From contig JBEKER010000001.1 in the NCBI GenBank assembly GCA_050013755.1, positions 37,595 through 101,594 of the forward strand: 64,000 bases of DNA, in the 5' to 3' direction. The stretch is from Halobacteriota archaeon. Lineage in GTDB: Archaea; Halobacteriota; Bog-38; Methanoflorentales; Methanoflorentaceae. The notes under the pieces are model-generated. The model was not told the origin of the DNA. It saw only the letters and a program-made list of their open reading frames with translations, and did not search any database. Position 1 is the stretch's first letter; each line of letters opens with the position of its first letter. The position numbers were made by a program, and so were the translations under genes. Below, piece by piece: positions 60,475-64,000 of the stretch.

Positions 60475-60813
60475 AAAGCTCGTCGCGCTCCCGACGTTTT
60501 TTTGCGGGAATTACGACGCCGGAGTCATGAGTACACGAGCTCTGAGCGGTTTTTGCAGTCGTCCTGCGTCATCTTGGAAACAGCTAGAATTTTGAAAGCT
60601 TTGTGAGGAAAGAAAACCTAAAGCAAGCCCGCGGCACAGTTTGACACGCTGTACGACCCGATAAAAAATAAGCGGAAGTATTATAAAACAAAAGCCGTAC
60701 ATAAAAATATAACGATAATTATAAAGATATTGTTTGCATCGATAGTCTAACGTGACTGCGCCATCGGAACTAGAAAGATTGATAATCCGTTCGCGGAAGA
60801 TACAACGATCGCA

Positions 60814-62043
60814 ATGTTGAAAAGACACGGACCGACACACAGAAAAGCACTCATTGGTCTCTCGCTGACGCTTATACTCTTGATATGCTTCTCCGTGATA
60901 AGCCCCGCGGCAGCGCAGACATCATCGCCTTCTAGTTCAACCACGGCTGCGAGTGCGCACTACCCGCCGTGGCCTGTGAACCTTTACGAGTTTTACAGAT
61001 CGGATTGTCCGCATTGCCAGGCGCTCGCGCCACACATTGCTGCGCTGGCAGCCGAGTACCCAACATTGCATGTGTATCAGTACGAAACGCAAAACGATGC
61101 GAATTTTAGCCTTTTTGAAACGTTCGAGAGCGCGTACGGAATGAAGTTATTAGACACTGTCCCGACTGTTTTTGTCGGAAAGCAGTATTTCGTATCGGAC
61201 TCTGCAGAACCACAGATCGAAGCAGCTGTTGCACAAGCAATTCAACACGGAGCGACAGGCCCGGGTGACAAATTAACTGGCCACGTTGTGCCAACGCCGA
61301 CGCCAACACCAGGGACCAAGAATTCAACCTCCTCGCAGAATGGGACGTTGGTGAATAGCCAGGGGAGTCTGCCATTGCCGCTGTTCATCACAACCGGCAT
61401 AATCAGCGGGCTAAATCCGTGTGTCTTCTCAGTGCTTATCTTCTTGATGGGGACGGTCGCCCTCACAGCGTCGCGCCCGCGAGCCCTTGCCATTGGGGTG
61501 ACCTACATTGCAACGGTGTTTTTCGTCTTCTTCCTTTCGGCACTTGCGCTCGTGCAGTTCGTTCGAATCATAGGTGCACAGAACTTAGATCTGACTAAGA
61601 CCGTGATTGGCGTCTTCCTCCTCGTCGTTGGTATCGTATCGATCAAGGATTTCTTTTGGTATAACCGCTGGTTCAGTTTTAAGATTCCAACCTTCACGAA
61701 ACACAGCATCAGCACTCTCGGGAAGACCGGTTCTTTTCTTGCTATTATAGGGCTCGGTTTCATTGCGACGATTGCCGCTTTGCCGTGCACGTTAGGTCCG
61801 TTCACCTTCTTCTCGGCCAATTATCTCACCAGCATGACTGCGATGGATAACAACCTCTACACGGCCCTATTCGCATTTGCATTCATCATACCGATGACTA
61901 TTGTTTTCGTCGCCATATACGCCATCAAGGTGGGGACGGACAGAGCAGAAGAATGGAGAATGCAATCAGCGCGATATATGCGGCTTGTGGCCGGGCTCCT
62001 CATGGTCTCGTTTGGCCTGCTGCTCGTGCTCAAGGTGTTCTAA
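60814..62043 (+). CDS. Secreted thioredoxin (CPHC) fused to CcdA/DsbD-like membrane domain
   Basis: Signal peptide, DCPHC, VPT cis-Pro loop, GLNPCVF and LPCT TM cysteines. Confidence 0.85.
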   Translation: MLKRHGPTHRKALIGLSLTLILLICFSVISPAAAQTSSPSSSTTAASAHYPPWPVNLYEFYRSDCPHCQALAPHIAALAAEYPTLHVYQYETQNDANFSLFETFESAYGMKLLDTVPTVFVGKQYFVSDSAEPQIEAAVAQAIQHGATGPGDKLTGHVVPTPTPTPGTKNSTSSQNGTLVNSQGSLPLPLFITTGIISGLNPCVFSVLIFLMGTVALTASRPRALAIGVTYIATVFFVFFLSALALVQFVRIIGAQNLDLTKTVIGVFLLVVGIVSIKDFFWYNRWFSFKIPTFTKHSISTLGKTGSFLAIIGLGFIATIAALPCTLGPFTFFSANYLTSMTAMDNNLYTALFAFAFIIPMTIVFVAIYAIKVGTDRAEEWRMQSARYMRLVAGLLMVSFGLLLVLKVF

Positions 62044-62203
62044 GGCTAAGGCTAGTTCGGTAGCTCCGCTGCTCGCGATACTCTGCTCAACCCCCTTGCC
62101 GACAGTCGCGCGGTGTTTCTTTATTAGAGAATTTGTTAAGTGGGACCACCCCTCCAGCGGCACGCTGTATGTATGCTAAAGGCCGTTAGGAACTCAGGTT
62201 ACC

Positions 62204-62833
62204 ATGGAAACGACAAAAAACGTCCGTTCAGCGGACCGAAGAGCGGAATACAATAGACGGGCTCTTGAAGGGGATCTCCTCAAGCTTACTATAGCCGTTA
62301 GTGCTGAGCTGCTTATTTTTTTAATCTGGTTTCTTGGGCCTGCACGAGAGCGTTACGAGGTTCTCGTGCACGTAGCACTGCCTGTGTGTATAGTCTTCCC
62401 GATCATCAACTATCGTTACCTACCCTTGGTGCCGCTCATTGCATTCTTGCCGGATGCGGCACGAGCGTTGGGCATCGAGATCTCACATTCCCTCGTGTTG
62501 TTGCCGATCATCTTCATCGCAGCCGCAGTACCCTTTATAAATCGACCAAGGACGGCTCTTATCGCCTGCTACGCGGCATTTGCCATCGTAGCAAGTCATT
62601 TTATCGTCGATGCACGCAACGGTACAGCTATAGGCAACGTAGCAGGATATCCATGGAGCAATCTCGTGCTCTATGCGCTCGCCCTGACCCTGCTAGGGTT
62701 TGTGCTCCTCCAGCGTGTGCGTCTGACTGAGACTCGCGAGGGGGAAAACTATAACACCGGTTTGCCTTCGGCGTATCTCTTCTGCGCCGTTTCAGACTGC
62801 TTGCTGATCTGCATCGCGTCGCAACGAATATAG
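62204..62833 (+). CDS. Membrane protein, possible YdjM-like metal-dependent hydrolase
   Basis: Multi-TM with H, LPD, SHSL and SHFIVD motifs in family order. Confidence 0.6.
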   Translation: METTKNVRSADRRAEYNRRALEGDLLKLTIAVSAELLIFLIWFLGPARERYEVLVHVALPVCIVFPIINYRYLPLVPLIAFLPDAARALGIEISHSLVLLPIIFIAAAVPFINRPRTALIACYAAFAIVASHFIVDARNGTAIGNVAGYPWSNLVLYALALTLLGFVLLQRVRLTETREGENYNTGLPSAYLFCAVSDCLLICIASQRI

Positions 62834-62870
62834 GTATCTTGTTTGCTTATGAGCATCACGCCGTGATCAG

Positions 62871-63428
62871 ATGCATCACACATATCGTGACGAAGTCGAA
62901 AGGCGAACGTGGCAGAACCCTGAAGCAATTCTCGCGGAAGCGGGAGTCAAAGCCGGCGATGTGCTCATAGATTTGGCCTGTGGGTTTGGTTTTTTTGCCA
63001 TTCCCGCAGCAAAAATAGTCGGCTCAGAAGGCGTCATTTGCGGCGTTGACGTTGACAAAGAAGCTTTAGATGAACTACGTGAACAAGCTGCGCTTGTCGG
63101 CCTGCGAAACCTGCGGTTAAAACTCGCCGCGGCAGAAGCTGTCGTTTTATGCGAGCAATGCGCTGACATAGTGTTTGTTGGGATAGCGCTCCACGATTTC
63201 AAGGATCCACTCAAGGTTTTGCAGAACGTGAAGAGAGCACTCAAAACGGATGGCAGATTGGTAAACCTAGACTGGAAGAAAGAGCAAACGCCTTTCGGCC
63301 CCCCGCTCGAAATACGGTTCAGTCAAGGCGAAGCCGTCTCTCTCATCGAAACAGCAGGATTTAAAGTCGTCTCAGTAAAAGATTCAGGGCCCTACCACTA
63401 CATCATTTCAGCGAATTTGCTTCCCTAG
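62871..63428 (+). CDS. Class I SAM-dependent methyltransferase
   Basis: DLACGFG, ALHD, LDWKK..FGPP. Confidence 0.88.
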   Translation: MHHTYRDEVERRTWQNPEAILAEAGVKAGDVLIDLACGFGFFAIPAAKIVGSEGVICGVDVDKEALDELREQAALVGLRNLRLKLAAAEAVVLCEQCADIVFVGIALHDFKDPLKVLQNVKRALKTDGRLVNLDWKKEQTPFGPPLEIRFSQGEAVSLIETAGFKVVSVKDSGPYHYIISANLLP

Positions 63429-63704
63429 CTTCTAGACCTCGGCAGCAAAGTCTTGTGCTAATACTTTCAAATCCTTGAAAGACAAAAGCTGATTGAAGTA
63501 ATCCGATGCTGCCGTGCTGCATTTATGTCGAGGGCCACGGTACTGATCGGTATCCGATTAGTCTTCTGAACGGCACACGTAGACTCGTGCCAAGCTCAAG
63601 ATCACCAGGAACACTCACTTTTCTCCTAAATTTTGATAATATAATACTCTCTCGAACCGTGTTAAAGAAAAAGAGCGTGTAAAAAATCAACTAAGGAGCT
63701 TGTT

Positions 63705-63944
63705 TTGCCGGCTTACCCAATCTCGATGTGTTTGGTTTGCATACATTATCGAAAAGCTCAGCGATGTGAAGCTTTTCCAACGCGAATACCTCAGGCCATT
63801 CTTACTGGCAGATTTGATCATAGAACACGTCACGATGGGGACAATGGTATTAGATTTCAGCCAAGAGATGATGTTAGCCAAGCAGAGTTGGAAGGAATTT
63901 TAAGCATATTCGGCGAAAAAAACCGTTTTTTGAGCCGGGTTTAA
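63705..63944 (+). CDS. Small Cys/His protein of phage-associated type
   Basis: CLVCIH..CEAFP.RIP..I..G.FDH....GDNGIRF; AAGGAG upstream of TTG. Confidence 0.65.
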   Translation: MPAYPISMCLVCIHYRKAQRCEAFPTRIPQAILTGRFDHRTRHDGDNGIRFQPRDDVSQAELEGILSIFGEKNRFLSRV

Positions 63945-64000
63945 TTTTAACTCTGCACAGGCCTACTGTGCGCACGAGTTTAGAGTTCTGGGAAACGGCG

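Noticed and set aside
60511..60840. 109-aa minus-strand ORF
   Set aside because: Runs through the AT-rich upstream region of the thioredoxin-CcdA gene; no family motifs

Overview
Core-genome window of a methanogen-type archaeon, inferred to be Halobacteriota/Methanomicrobia-like. The evidence is methanogenesis marker 14, beta-RFAP synthase, CobZ/CobS/CobY, PGF-CTERM proteins, and an S10-spc ribosomal superoperon lacking L34e/L14e. It holds translation and RNA-modification clusters (Csl4, Rpo11, Rpo4, KsgA, Pus10, aIF2beta, L10e, fibrillarin/Nop5, TrmI, Cbf5, Thg1-like), the L3-to-SecY operon, cofactor and amino-acid genes, and a cell-surface region at about 23-30.6 kb (GT4, deacetylase, archaeosortase-type protein, hydrolase-lectin fusion, lipoprotein, PGF-CTERM beta-helix protein). 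No tRNA, rRNA, CRISPR or transposase was recognised by eye. Best leads: (1) a secreted PGF-CTERM-anchored beta-sandwich protein whose only two Cys form a CxxCH heme-c motif, with a thioredoxin-CcdA fusion elsewhere in the window; (2) an unannotated multi-helix RNA at the left edge; (3) a mosaic hydrolase/six-blade lectin gene; (4) an apparent ACG start codon for cobY; (5) a structured purM leader; (6) a phage-type Cys/His small protein at the right edge. Two real genes missed by the ORF track (Sec61beta, S14) were recovered. All family calls come from motif recognition by eye; no searches were run.
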